Shown: in pieces, positions 51,241 to 64,000 of the stretch
How positions within the stretch are numbered: position 1 is the first letter of the stretch
Layout of the letters: every line of letters begins with the position of its first letter
Source: Eledone cirrhosa
Lineage: Eukaryota
NCBI GenBank assembly: GCA_964016885.1
Contig: OZ024746.1
Span: 68,262,001 to 68,326,000 of the forward strand
Length of the DNA stretch: 64,000 nucleotides
Direction of reading: 5' to 3'
Position numbers and translations under genes: made by a program
The notes under the pieces: model-generated
What the model was told of the DNA's origin: nothing
Seen by the model: the letters and a program-made list of their open reading frames with translations, nothing else
Database searches by the model: none

Positions 51241-51799
51241 TTACTACTACTGCTAATACTGCTACCACCATCAACAACAACAACAACACCCCAAGACCAC
51301 CACCACCATCAACAACAACAGCAACACCACCACCGCTTTATCTCTTCATATACTTCTTATATTGTTAGAAGAGTTTATCTTATGGAGGAGCTCTCATTAG
51401 CAATCCTTTATTTTCAAGTCTAACCACATATAGGGTGGATTTACCTCTTCTAGTTCATACATTCTGTTAAGTAACCCAATCTTGTTGATTCTGACAAGCA
51501 CAGATTTCAATGCACCACATTACAGTGTAACTTCCTTTTATTAAAGATTTCTGGCAGAACAAATTCTTTCTTTTATTTTTTTTGGGGGGAGGGGGTTGTA
51601 TTGCTTTGTTTTACCTCTATTTTTTTCTCTTATTTTCTACTTCAATCTCTATTTCATCCTCCTCATCACCAATGGATGGGGTAGGGCTTTTAGGAGGAGG
51701 AATTTCGGCATCTTTCACCTTTGGGGATGAACAAGAAGTAGCTTTCACTGTTATCACAGGATTATTTCACTGTTATCACAGAACTTTTATGATTGACTT

Positions 51800-52195
51800 A
51801 CCATGTCAGCTTCAATCACTATCACACTGTCAAAATGTCAGTTCTCTTTGATTTTTTAAAATATTTTAGTTGGAATTATTCTGATGACGTTTCTCTTCAT
51901 CTTCATGAGTTTAAATGGAGCAACAGATTGCTGACTAGGTCTCAACCATTTACAGTTGAAATTCCTAAATGCAATTGTAAATTCTATTCTGATAGTTTCT
52001 TCAACTGCACATCTCACCTATGGAATTCTCTTCCAGCTTTTTCCTTTTCTGACAATTACAATTTAAACAAATTCAAAAACAACATTAAAAGTTATCTTCT
52101 TTCTCCTTGAATTATGTTTTCTCTGCCTTGTTCTTCTCCCTTCTCAGTATTATTTTAGTGGCTTTGTTGCTTTGGGTGAGCAAAGAAAAACAAAG
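51800..52195 (+). mobile_element. Degraded CR1/Jockey-group LINE 3' end
   Basis: QSLSHCQNVSSL...SFFNCTSHLWNSLP...YNLNKFK, the typical C-terminal SFF/WNxLP motif. Confidence 0.72.
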
Positions 52196-52776
52196 GTAGC
52201 TTGGCATCATCCAATTCAGGAACAAGATATTAGATACTACATTGGCAAATGACGTTTGTATTTGTAGTGTTAGTGATAGTGTGTGTGTGGGGTGGGGGGC
52301 GTGCATTGTTGTTATTACTCTTATTTATGTTATGAAAATAATCAGTCTGGACAAAAGATAGTGATAATTATTATCTCTGTATTTGAGCATTTGTTTTGAT
52401 ATCATTATTGTTTTTTGTTTGTCTTTCTTTAAACAATGTTTGTTTTTTAGTAAACTCATTTAAGTAGGGTCATCGCTAGTATCTGTGATAAATTTTGATT
52501 CAGTCAGTGTCTTTTATGCTATTTCTTCTCTTTCATATACTTCTTGCTACACCTCTAGTGAACACATCATTTTTTTTTTTTACTGAAATACCAGACATTA
52601 ACAAGAAATATTGACCAAGAAACAGAGTTTACATTTATTCCAATATTGAGATAAATGTCCTAAATTTATTAAGCCCACTATTTGCAAAATATTCCAAAAG
52701 GATAAGCTTGGAAGAAACCCAAGTTCTTTTGAACTGCCTTAAGTAGCACCTCCACAAATAAATAAAATATTTATGA

Positions 52777-52813
<37 letters not shown>

Positions 52814-52814
52814 T

Positions 52815-53345
52815 TATACATGGATTTTCAACCACTGAGAAATGGTAGCCCAATATACATAAGAGAAGATCCTAGAAAATTAGACTGTGAAACTTTTATG
52901 GGACTTTATAATCCAATCAAGGCTAGACATAACTTTGGTGGAAAAAGGTACTGAAAGGAAGTGTTTGTTGATTGATGTAGCTTGCCTAGGAAACCATTAC
53001 ATCATTGGTAAGGAAAACGAGAAAATTGTAAACTACACAGACTTTAGAATAAGTGTTGAGGAAATGTAGAATATAAAAGCAAGAGTGGTACCAATTATGA
53101 TTAGAGCACTTGTCAGTCCCAACATTATGACATTGCATTATTTCTAGCAGATTTGGTTTGTCTGCTTGAGAATTTTCTGAACAATCTACAGCCATTACTC
53201 TATATCTTAATGATATGATCATTAGGATTTGTAGAATTGAAGACAATCATTCATCAACACTTTTGGGAACAGCAAATATCCTGTTTATCTGTGGTTACGT
53301 AGTTTGATAGAGTGTCAGATTAATGATCCAGTGTTAAATTTATAA
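52815..53345 (+). mobile_element. Degraded R4/Dong 3' fragment (restriction-like endonuclease domain) directly after (AAT)n
   Basis: KLLWDFIIQ..RLDITLVEK...CLLIDVAC...KENEKIVNY matches the REL PD-(D/E)xK pattern; (AAT)n at 52778-52812. Confidence 0.78.
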
Positions 53346-54365
53346 CAATTTGAACCAAATATTTATTTTTCAACAAATTTTAATACCACATGATTTGATT
53401 GACACTAACATATTTAATCTAGATAAATTTAAGTCAACCTCTGATTCAGTAAAAACAGTGCAGATAGAGTGGAATTGTTGTTTAAAGTCATTTTTATTAT
53501 CTAATTATTTCTTAATTATATTGTACACACAAACCATCTTTCATGATAGATCTCAAGATGAGATAGCCTATATGTGATCATTCTCTCTACAAGATATAGC
53601 AGCCAAATCTCCCTGAAATCAAACTCTGGTGTCTTAAATATGCAAAGGATACATTAGAAAATGTAGTCCTATATACCCCTAAATTAGAAATGATCATGGC
53701 TACACTGACTTTAATCATAGATCTGCATTATCATAGTTGACATGGGGTTAAACTACTATTACTACTACTACTACAAAGACCTGTGATATATGCCACACAA
53801 TCTATTGCTTCCTTTAAAACCAAACAAATAATATTCATAGAGGATGTTAACTGCTTTAGTAGCAGACTATAATAAATTATACCTCAGTTTCTATCAAAGA
53901 ACATTAACTGATAGATTTAATTGATTATTGATGCCAATGAGAAGAGAAACCAATGAATAACCATTAGTCCATGCAATATTTGGACAAAATCAGTTAAGCT
54001 AGACAAATGGAAACCAACTGGAAGACCATTCCTGCAGTTTTAGGTATGAGGAAGAAATGTCTAATTGGAAAATAATATTAAGTTAAGAATTACATAGAAA
54101 AGATATTGATATGAAGAATGTATGGCAGCCAGAGCAGTTGGAGACAGTTGCTTCTGACAGGGCCCACTAGAGGGAGTGTTCGAGGACTCAGCCCCACAAC
54201 CTTCTCAGGAATAAGTGGGCAAAGAAGAAGAAGAAGTATGGCAGTCTGCTTAAGTTTGCATCACAGTCATGTGGTTTGGGTTTTGACCCCACCCTGTGTT
54301 CAACCTCAAGCTGACCAATTCTTCGTGAGTGAAAATTGGTAGACATAAACTCTGCGAAAACCCAC

Positions 54366-54413
<48 letters not shown>

Positions 54414-55150
54414 TGTGTGTGCTTGTGTGTGTGTATATGATTGAGTGTGTGTGTGCTTGTGAGTGTGTATATGATTGAGTGTGTGTGTGCTTGTGTGTGT
54501 GTATATGATTGAGTGTGTGTGTGCTTGTGTGTGTGTGTGCATGGGTATGTATGTGTTTGTCTTTGTCTCTCCACAGTGATATCATTTTGCACCATTTGTT
54601 TATGTTCTGCATAAGCAATATGTTCTGTAGCCTAGCTATTTGATGGAACAAGTATAATAAGCAAAGGTTAGTATCGGGAAAGACATCCATCTGAAAAATA
54701 CCATCTCAGATAATACACCATGCCAGCATAGAAAATACAGACTTAGAAATGATGATGATTGTAGTAGTAGTGGTGTTGGTGTTGGTGGTGATGGTAGAGG
54801 TGGTGATAAGGGTAGTGGTAATGGTGATAATGGTAATGGTGATAATGGTAGTGGTGGTGTAGTGGTTGTGATGGCGGTGGTGATGGTAGTGTTGGTGATG
54901 GTGGCAGTGATAATGGTAGTGATAATAAAATTAGTATGATCATAAATACTAAAGTTATGAGATTTAGTTAGATACTTGCTCTGATGTCTGTGTTCAAGTT
55001 GCAATGATTTACTGATATATGATCACCTAATCAAATAATTATACTTAATGAATCTAGAACTAATTAAAACAGTAGCCAGGCAGAATCCAGTATAAAGACA
55101 TGAACTTGTGAATCCGGCTTTAGAGTTATTGTTTTTGCTCAAGTGAGCTC

Positions 55151-55345
55151 TACAAGGGTCGGCTGAAATGTTCATAGGTTGACTATAAAAGATTGATGCT
55201 AGAGCTGTGAAATCTTGCATGCATTAATTTCAACTCATATTAATAACCGCATTGTTTCTTTCTAGGGACTATGTTGAAAGAGAAACCTAATTTAGTCATT
55301 CCCTGAGAGTATCTTGTCAGCCTATGAACTTTTCAGCTGACTAGA
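55151..55345. mobile_element. Tc1/mariner-type MITE
   Basis: TA-caagggtcggctgaaatgttcatagg ... cctatgaacttttcagctgac inverted termini. Confidence 0.7.
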
Positions 55346-56539
55346 CTAGAATATTCAAGGATTTAGAATATTATTCAAAATGTTCCATTGTTGCTGTTGT
55401 TCAGCCTCAGGTCAAATTTAATGAATCGGAGATGTTCAGACCATGATTATCATTTTTCATATGTATGTTGTGAAGGCATGTGGCTGAGTGGTTAGAGAAT
55501 TGGATTCACAATCTGAGGTTGTGAGTTTGATTCCTGGACTGGGCGATGCGTTATGAGCAAGACACTTTATTTCATGTTGCTCCTTCTACCTGGAGTTGCG
55601 ACCGATAGATAGTACTAGCAACTGGAAAGACTAACAGAAACATTGTTTCCTCTGTCCAATTTGGCGAAAGTCAATCGATCCTTTTATGTGTATGTTATCT
55701 AGTACCACAATATTCTATCTCATTATTAAGTTGGTCGATAAAATAAAGTACCAGTAATGTACTGGGTAATTGCTGGCCTTGTGCCAAAAGTAGAAACAAC
55801 TATTAAGTTGGTGTCTGGAGCATAACTTAATGGTTCTTATATAAGATTATGATGAAAGATTTTAGATAAATTATAAGCACTTTTAACCAAAGAGTTTTGT
55901 ATCATAAAACCAAGGGCAGTTTCAGGTGGATCTCAACTCCATGCACAACTTTCATCAAATCATCTGTTTAGATGATGATGTTCATCAGTTGTTTTATGGT
56001 TATGTGAGGTCAGTTTTCCAGGTGATCTAAAAATGTCATAGCTACTTCCATTCTTTCTCCAACTCAATTCTAAAGCAGATACACCCAAATACCAGATGGT
56101 TCAATGCTACTGTTTCTAGCAAAGACATTTTGACAGAAAATTTTTTGTTGAAAGGAGGAGAGAGAGAGAATCAGACTGCTCAAAGCATCAAAATATATTT
56201 TATTTCATTTTGTTCCAAATTTATGCTATATAGCATTAGCTCCGAAAATTCCAAACACACAGACAATTCAGAGAGTAACAAAAATTGATCTGAAATATGG
56301 TTTTCATAATTGATTTTCAGAATTTGAGCCAAATATTTTGCCTTAAGTTCTAATGGCCTATAATGAAGTAGTATAAAGCAACATAAAAAGTTCCATTATC
56401 ACCCAGCTATCAGATGCCTGTATTTTTTGGTTACAGTTAAAAGCTAGATTCCCTTGTTACCAAAAGTAAGTATTACAAAATTCAAACATTGCCAAAGATA
56501 ATAAGGCTGTGATTCTAATCTTTACGCTGATGTTTATAA

Positions 56540-56571
<32 letters not shown>

Positions 56572-57726
56572 ATGTTGGCGGTAATGGTAGTTATGATGAT
56601 AGTGATCGTGGTGGTTATGAAAATGATGATGAAAGTTAATAGAAATGACAGCACTAGTCATGGGATGAGGAGGACGCATGGAAAATGTCAATATATGTCT
56701 AGAGAAATACAAAAGAAAAGATAAACATCACAGAATTTCAAGAGAATATTTTGCTCAATGGAAAATACTTGGAAAAGAGAAAAAGGAAGTGGAACATATA
56801 TTGAAAAATGTTATCTGATTGAGAAGAGGAGAAAGAGAGAAATAAATAGATAGCTAGAATCCTGATGAATGTGTGTACTAGATAAAAGCAATGCCATAGA
56901 AATTAGGTAAACAGGAGTAGCTGTAGGCAAACTAACACAGATTTTAGGTAGCAGAAGATGTGATCTAAGACAGTATAACAGTTGGAAGTAAACAAAGAAA
57001 GATTTAGTTGGAATTCGCTTATTAGATATGTTAAAGTAAGGTTAATGTAAATTATATTCGATATTATAAGCAGCAATTCAAGAGAGAAAGGAGAAAGATA
57101 TACTGACAGGAGCTGAACTGTACAGCTAATCAATTGCCAAGCGACAGCAGGGTTTTTCAGCTTTTTCTTATCAAATTAGGTTCTATAAATTTCTTTCTGC
57201 TATATCAACTGTTAAAAATGTTAGTCTTTCTGGAGCCTAGACACTCATCATGCTGGAGCTTATCTCAGTTTCATGTGATACATGACATTGGGCATAGGTT
57301 TTTATTCATGTCATGTAGCATTTCTCATGGTTTATCCTGCTAGAGTTTACAGTGGTTTATTCTCACATGATAATAAATAAACTCCTGGTGCATATTTTCT
57401 CTCCAGAATTACTAATCATATTCCATTTACCATATTACTAATTACCATAAAAAAAAGAAAATTTATGATGGACAAAGATAGGAAACATGAGGTGGAGGGA
57501 GAACATGTGTCCTTAAAAAATTTTCTTTGCAACTATATTGTTTGGGGTTTAATCTAACAGTGTGGCCTTTGGGCAAGTGTTTTCCATTACAGCATCTAGC
57601 TGATCAATGTCTTGTGAAGGAATTTGATAATGAGGAATTGTGCAGAAGCCTTTCATGTGTTTATATGTATGTGTATATATATATATATGTAAATGTATGT
57701 ATATGCATATATGTATATGTATGTGT

Positions 57727-57970
57727 GAGGAGACTGAGGTTAGCTGGACATGCTCACCGACATCCAGAGTTGACATTGCACTCAGTGCTCCTTTGGGAGC
57801 CCCTACATGGACACACTAGAAGAGGAAGACCAAGGTTAACGTATGTTGATGCCCTAAGGACAGACACTGGTCTGTTGGAGACGCAGGACATGGTAGCGAT
57901 AATGAGGGACAGAGACCGCTGGAGAGAACTCGTCCATGGATCTCGGGAATTTTACCCGCCTTAGATAGAT
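57727..57970 (+). mobile_element. RTE-like LINE 3' terminal fragment in microsatellite
   Basis: RRLRLAGHAHRHPELTLHSVLLWEP...RRGRPRLTYVDAL...[11 protein letters not shown]; short (TAGA)n tail. Confidence 0.88.
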
Positions 57971-58008
57971 ATATACATATATATGTGTAAATGTAAATGT
58001 ATATATAT

Positions 58009-58042
<34 letters not shown>

Positions 58043-58384
58043 ATGTAAATATATGTATATGTATGTGTATATATATATATATATGTAAATGTATGTATAT
58101 GCATACATACAATATATGTATGTATATGTAAATGTATATGTGTGTGTGTGTGCTGATGTTTGTCTGTCTCCACATACATCTTCACATCATTTAAGCAAGT
58201 AGAAACATTTGTTTATGTCCCACAGCTTAGCATTCAATGAAGATCAGTAAAATATGCACCTTACTTCAGAAATAAAGCATGGGTTAGTGTCAGAAAGGGT
58301 ATGCAGTTAGACAATACATGATCAGAAAGTCTTAGCCAACCAATACAATATAGAAAACTCGTAAAAACAGCAATGATGTAGATA

Positions 58385-58850
58385 TATCACCATCATCACC
58401 ATCATCATTTTACCTCCACTTTTCCTTGCTTGCAAGGGTGGGGCAGGTCCTTTTCAGCATCTCTCCATTTGTCATGGTCCTTCATCATCTTCTGTGTGAG
58501 CTTCAGTATTCTGAGGTCAGCTCTGACCACCTCCATCCATGATTTTTGTGGTCTTCCTCTACTGCATCTTCCTTCCACTGGGATTTCTTGGCACTTCTTT
58601 ACCCAGCGGTCATTCTTCATGCGCATCACATGTCCATACCAATGCAGTCTTCTCTCCCGCACACTACAGTTTATCCCTCTTATACACAGTTTCACCCTCA
58701 ACTCATCTATGCTTGGTCATACACGCACACTGACATTGCACATCCATCAGAGCATGCTTGCTTCATTTCTTTACAGCCATCACATATCCTCCACAGTAGC
58801 TGCCCATGTTTCACTACCATGCAGCATCGTGTATCTCACACAGACATCAT
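58385..58850 (-). mobile_element. RTE-clade LINE 3' fragment with (GAT)n tail
   Basis: MLHGSETWA...RERRLHWYGHVMRM...VEGRCSRGRPQKSW...DHDKWR. Confidence 0.9.
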
Positions 58851-59374
58851 ATATATCTATGACTATATCATGTAATATGTTTTCTAGAGATGGTATATCA
58901 GTCTTTTGGATATCATAAGGAGATGCTGTAGAGGAAACCAATGAAATTGAATCCAGTATGCATGCTAAAAAGAATGATAGTGTTGATGGAATCATGTAGA
59001 ACTACACCGAACATGATATCTCTAATAAATTAAGTAGTTACTTTACAGGTAAATAATTTAGGTGTAGTTCTACTCAATGTTAAATGTAGGGACATGCCTT
59101 TTCTAATGACTGTCAGTAGCTGACACATTTGAGGTCAGAAGACAGTTGATACCAATTTTGGAGGATGGGAAAGTCGGTTAAATTGACCCCAGTGCATTAC
59201 TGGTACTTTATTTTAGACAGTTGATATAATTGACTGGTACTTTAATTTATTGGGGTTGGAAGGATGAAAAACAGAGTTGACCTAGGTAGGATTTGAAATT
59301 AGAACATAAATATCCATAATTAAAAACCACAGGTTCTTTTTCTCAAACTCAAACTATACTTCCAAAGCCAGATA

Positions 59375-59750
59375 ATGGTTTCTGATTTAGGCACCAGGCC
59401 AGCAATTTTGGAGGATGGGAAAGTCGGTTAAATTTACCCCAGTGCATTACTGGTACTTTATTTTATCAACTCCAGTGCGTTACTGGTACTTTATTTTATC
59501 GATTCCAGCATATTACTGGTACCTTATTTTATCAACCACCCAGTGCATTACTGGTACTTTATTTTATCGACCCCTGTGCATTAGTGGTACTTTATTAAAT
59601 TGACACCAGTGCTTACTGGTACTTTATTTTATCGACCCCATAAGGATGAGGGGCAAAGCTAACCTCAGTAGGATTTAAATTCAGAATGGTAAGGAACTTA
59701 ACTATATGCCACAAAGCATGTTGTCCGACACTCTACCAATTTACTGACCT
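59375..59750 (-). mobile_element. Family A SINE with an internal six-fold tandem expansion (about 33-bp unit, 59439-59639)
   Basis: Unit ccagtgcattactggtactttattttatcgac repeated six times with variants. Confidence 0.9.
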
Positions 59751-60076
59751 CCAAAGCCAAATAATGCAAATCAATATATAGTCTTCATTAACAACCAAAT
59801 CTCTAAACAAAAGATGAAAAATTATAATTAAATTACTTCTAAACCAGCAAGAGAATAAATAGTTTTAAATAATACAAAGCTATATATATATATTTCTTTT
59901 GTGGAATCTTTGGTTAATGATATCACGACCAATACTATACTACCAGTTCTTGTACTGCCTCCATCTAAACACACACATACTTAAATATGTATACAAACTT
60001 GTACATATATGCATGGATAAACACACACACGCACAGACACAGATACAATCATACAAATATCATTATCATCATCATG

Positions 60077-60146
<70 letters not shown>

Positions 60147-60981
60147 TTATTATGAAAATAAAAAAAGCTAAAGCAAAATAATGTTGTTCCAACGGAAGCT
60201 TCTATTTATATTCTATCTAAACAAATTAGCTAATGGTTTCAAGTAGAGATATAGATGTGATGGATAAAAAGCCACACACACATTTCTGGCTCAATGAGTA
60301 GAAGCAGGAAATATCCAAACCATAGAAATATTGGATACTGAAACTTATCCAAATATTAACAATGGAAAAACTATAATTCTATACTGACTTTATCAATAAA
60401 GTAACAAAATATTAACAAGCTTGTTTCTTGCTGATTTGATGACCATTGCCAATATGGCCAGCAACCATGAGGATAAGTAAATGTACTTAATGTTGTAATA
60501 TGCTTCCAAATTTCTATTGGGGGGTTTGTATTTATATTCTGATTTTGGCTAATTTCTCAATAAAATTCTTCCTTTTCATTTGTGGATCACCAAGTTTAAA
60601 TTTGAAACATTTTCTCCCTTTCTCAGACATTACCTTTTCTATCTCCATAGAAATATACTTTGGAGAAGAGATGCTATCTCATATATAATCAATATTGAAA
60701 GATACAGGATACAGCCTTTATCAAGTAGGATATAAATCTGTCCATGATACCAGAGATAACATTATTGCTACCATAGAGCAATATATTTTATATTGCCAAA
60801 ATAGCATGAGATATATTCTCTTTTATTTCTGTCATGAAAATCTAGGTTTTCAAGGTTACATTCTTTATGGTGCTATTGATTAAATCCTTTGGGGGCATAC
60901 TAAAATGTTTAAGGATTTATTATTAAATGAAAAATATATGAATACAAAACTATGTTAGAGAAATGAATGAGGGGCATATAT

Positions 60982-61252
60982 CTAAGGCGGGTAAAATTCC
61001 CGAGATCCATGGACAAGTTCTCTCCAGCGGTCTCTGTCCCTCATTATCGCTGCCATATCCTGCATCTCCAACAGACCAGTGTCTGTCCTTAGGGCATCAA
61101 CATATGTTAACCTTAGGTCTTCCTCTTCTAGTGTGTCCATGTAGGGGCTCCCAAAGGAGCACTGAGTGCAATGTCAACTCTGGATGTCGGTGAGCATGTC
61201 CAGCCAACCTCAGTCTCCTCTGTGTCACTTTTGAGCTGACTTTTGGGATATA
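60982..61252 (-). mobile_element. RTE-like LINE 3' terminal fragment with 12-bp TSD; inverted sister of 57727-57970
   Basis: aggggcatatat at 60970-60981 and 61253-61264; highly similar reverse complement of the 57727 copy. Confidence 0.92.
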
Positions 61253-62382
61253 AGGGGCATATATGTATTCAGAAAAACATCAAAATTTACAGTCTAACTA
61301 TTTTAACACTTATCTGCTCAAAAGATATTAGATTAGTTTTGATTTCAGTCCTATTTTCCTTTGGAAATAATATAAGGCAAATTGTTTCAAAATATGTTTT
61401 TGTTAGTAAAGAACTTAATAAATATTTTTATTTGATTAGATTTTCACCCTCCTAAATTTAGATATGTGAAGGCACATGGACTGTTGGTTAGGGTGTTAGA
61501 CTCATGATCACAATATCACAGGTTCATGGTTTGGGTTTGTGTTCTTGAGCAAAACACTTCATTTCATGTTGCTCTAGTATACTCAGCTGAAAATTAGAAC
61601 TAGTAGTAGCTGAGGGTTTAACCCTGTGATGGACTGGTGTCTTGTCTAGAGGGGAGTCTTGTACTCTCAGTCACTTAACAAAAGGAAACTGTGATAAGCA
61701 CCAGTCTAATAAGCCTCCAGCCTTGTTTTAGAATCTTAGATATACATCTATGAGAGCTTTAATTTTAAATAAGAACTGATTCAAACCATGACAACACATC
61801 CAGCCTATGCTAGCATGGGAAGTGGACATAAAATGAACATGATCATAATGATGGGTGGTGGTGTCGGTGATGTCCAACTGTAGAGTATTGAATATAAATC
61901 AAATTCCAAGAAACTAGTGGTGGTCTGTGTTGGCAAACAAATTTCGAAAAGTTAGCCTCCTGCAGAGAAACAGGAATCTTGATATTTCAAGAAAATGTTT
62001 TTAAATGTTAAAAGAATTTACTCTCTCTGATGAACGACTTTGCTTTGAAAGTTAATGTCCTTTATTTCCCAATACAGATATGAACTATTGGTGTTTGTGT
62101 ACATTAAAGGAAAATAATATTTCAGCAAGTTGTATACCACACACTTATTTTAACAATGAACAATGCTAGTTTCATTGGAGCCAATGAGCTGATGCTTCAG
62201 TTAATTTGTCTTCTATTACAGCTCCTGTATTTTCAATCATACAACCTCCTGCCTATCTCATTATGGTTCACCAAACATACCACACATACTGTGTCTCACT
62301 TGGGTTACTTTCTTTCATGAACATCCTCAATTTTTCACAGTAAAATTAATTCAGTTTTAAATGTTCTGTTTAAACACATTTG

Positions 62383-62425
<43 letters not shown>

Positions 62426-62428
<3 letters not shown>

Positions 62429-63999
62429 CTAACCAACTGGAAATCACCTGGCCCAGATGGTGTGCAGGGGTATTGGATTAAAAACATAACATCCCTCCAC
62501 CCGAAACTGACAACCATGTTCAATGACTGCTTGATGTCAGGTGAGGTACCAGAGTGGTTGACAAAAGGTACCACAGTTCTGATAATGAAAGACCGAATCA
62601 AGGGTAATGATGTTACCAACTATAGACCTATCACATGTCTGTCCGTAATGTGGAAACTGTTGACAAGCATTATGTCTGAGGAAATCTACCATCACCTCCA
62701 CACAAACAACTTGTTACCGGACGAACAGAAAGGATGCCGAAAGAAGTCACATGGTACAAAGGACCAGTTACTTATTGATAAGATGGTAATGAGGAATTGC
62801 AAGAGGAGACACATTGGTCTTGCCATGGGATGGATAGACTACAAAAAGGCATTTGACATGGTGCCTCATTCTTGGATCACCAAAAGCATGGAGATCTTCA
62901 AGGTGGCAGATAACATCAGACAGTTGTTGGGCAAGAGTATGAAGTCCTGGGAAACAGAGTTAACATCAACTGGAGAATCCTTGGGAAGCGTGAAGATCAA
63001 GAGAGGTATCTTCCAGGGAGATAGTCTGTCCCCTCTGTTGTTTGTCCTTGCCCTGATGCCCCTGACCAGTGTACTGCGAAAAGTGAGAGCAGGATACAGG
63101 TTGGGAAAGGGAGGGCTTACCATCAATCACCTCCTCTTCATGGACGATCTTAAGCTCTTCGGGAAGAGTGAGAAGGAGTTGGATGTGCTTGTTGACACTG
63201 TCCGTATTTTCAGCAATGATATATGTATGCAATTTGGTATTAGTAAGTGTGGAGTCATTGTGATGAGGAGGGGTAAGTTGAGCAGAAGTAACGGAATCCA
63301 GATACCAACAGGTGAGATGATAAAGGAAATTGACTCTGAGGAAGGATACAAGTATTTGGGCATTCTGGAGGCTGATGACATCAAGAACAAAAAAATGAAG
63401 GAATTGATAAGAACTGAATACCTTTGGAGAGTAAGGAGCGTATTAAAGTCACATCTGAACAGTAGGAATGCCATAAGTGCAGTAAATTCCCGAGCTGTGT
63501 CTATTATTAAGTACAGTGCGGGAATTCTGAGATGGAATGTTGCTGAACAAAAAGAAATGGATAGGAAGACTAGGAAGCTATTGACTATCTACAATATGTT
63601 CCACAAGAGGAGTGATGTCGATAGACTCTACTTAAGGAGATCTGAATGTGGAAGAGGTCTTATCAGCATAGAGGACTGTGTTCAGATGGAGAAAAACAAC
63701 CTACACAAATACGTGACTGATAGCAAGGAGCCAATGCTCAGAACTGTACTGAAGGAGGGGACAATAGGCCAGGGGATGTCCAAGGAGGAAATAACATCAA
63801 GGAGAAAGAGCAGCCTTCAGTAAAAATCCCTTCATAGTACCTTCTTTGAGAAAACTGAATTTAGAGATCCACAGACATGGAACTGGTTGAAAAGAGGAGA
63901 CCTTAAAAAGGCTACAGAAGGAATGTTAATGGCTGCGCAGGAGCAGGCCCTCAAAACAAAGTGGTTGAAACACCACATTTACAAGGAGGAGGCTAGCTC
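62426..63999 (+). pseudogene. Reverse transcriptase ORF of the Dong-like element, one in-frame TAA at 63821-63823
   Basis: 453-aa ORF in the track; the same frame continues after the stop as KSLHSTFF...WNWLKRGDLKKATEGMLMAAQEQALKT. Confidence 0.88.
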
Positions 64000-64000
64000 A
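62426..64000 (+). mobile_element. 5'-truncated R4/Dong-clade non-LTR retrotransposon inserted in (TAA)n; continues beyond the window
   Basis: NWKSPGPDG, YRPITCL, EQKGC, DQLLID, WIDYKKAFDMVPHSW, GIFQGDSLSPLLF, HLLFMDDLKL, YKYLG, DVDRLY..R..GRGL; junction follows (AAT)n at 62384-62425. Confidence 0.92.

Noticed and set aside
59439-59639. CRISPR-like array of 33-bp palindromic repeats
   Set aside because: No unique spacers, eukaryotic context, and the unit is a SINE segment.

Overview
AT-rich eukaryotic (animal) DNA with no recognisable host protein-coding gene. The SINE types, RTE tails and very dense (TA)n/(CA)n/(GAT)n microsatellites suggest an octopus or other coleoid cephalopod genome (inference). 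Nearly all long ORFs in the supplied track are microsatellite artefacts. Real coding potential belongs to transposon relics: a 5'-truncated L1/Tx1-clade LINE (15794-19006, minus), a Chapaev3-type DNA transposon with TIRs and a TAA TSD (31819-33789), a 5'-truncated R4/Dong LINE running off the window end (62426-64000), a Penelope-like (probably Naiad) fragment (39271-39812) and many RTE/CR1 fragments, plus dozens of tRNA-derived SINEs and MITEs. Main observations: (1) several type-I minimal hammerhead ribozymes in Penelope-derived fold-back palindromes, all embedded in (TA)n, including a 178-bp-arm near-perfect palindrome; (2) a textbook recursive-splice-site motif (pyrimidine tract-CAG|GTAAGT) on the minus strand at 34047/34046, hinting that the window lies in a giant intron; (3) each retroelement class occupies its own microsatellite type; (4) a 276-bp-arm inverted duplication centred on a SINE fragment, and a locally templated insertion. 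Everything was read by eye with no database search; boundaries of degraded repeats are approximate.
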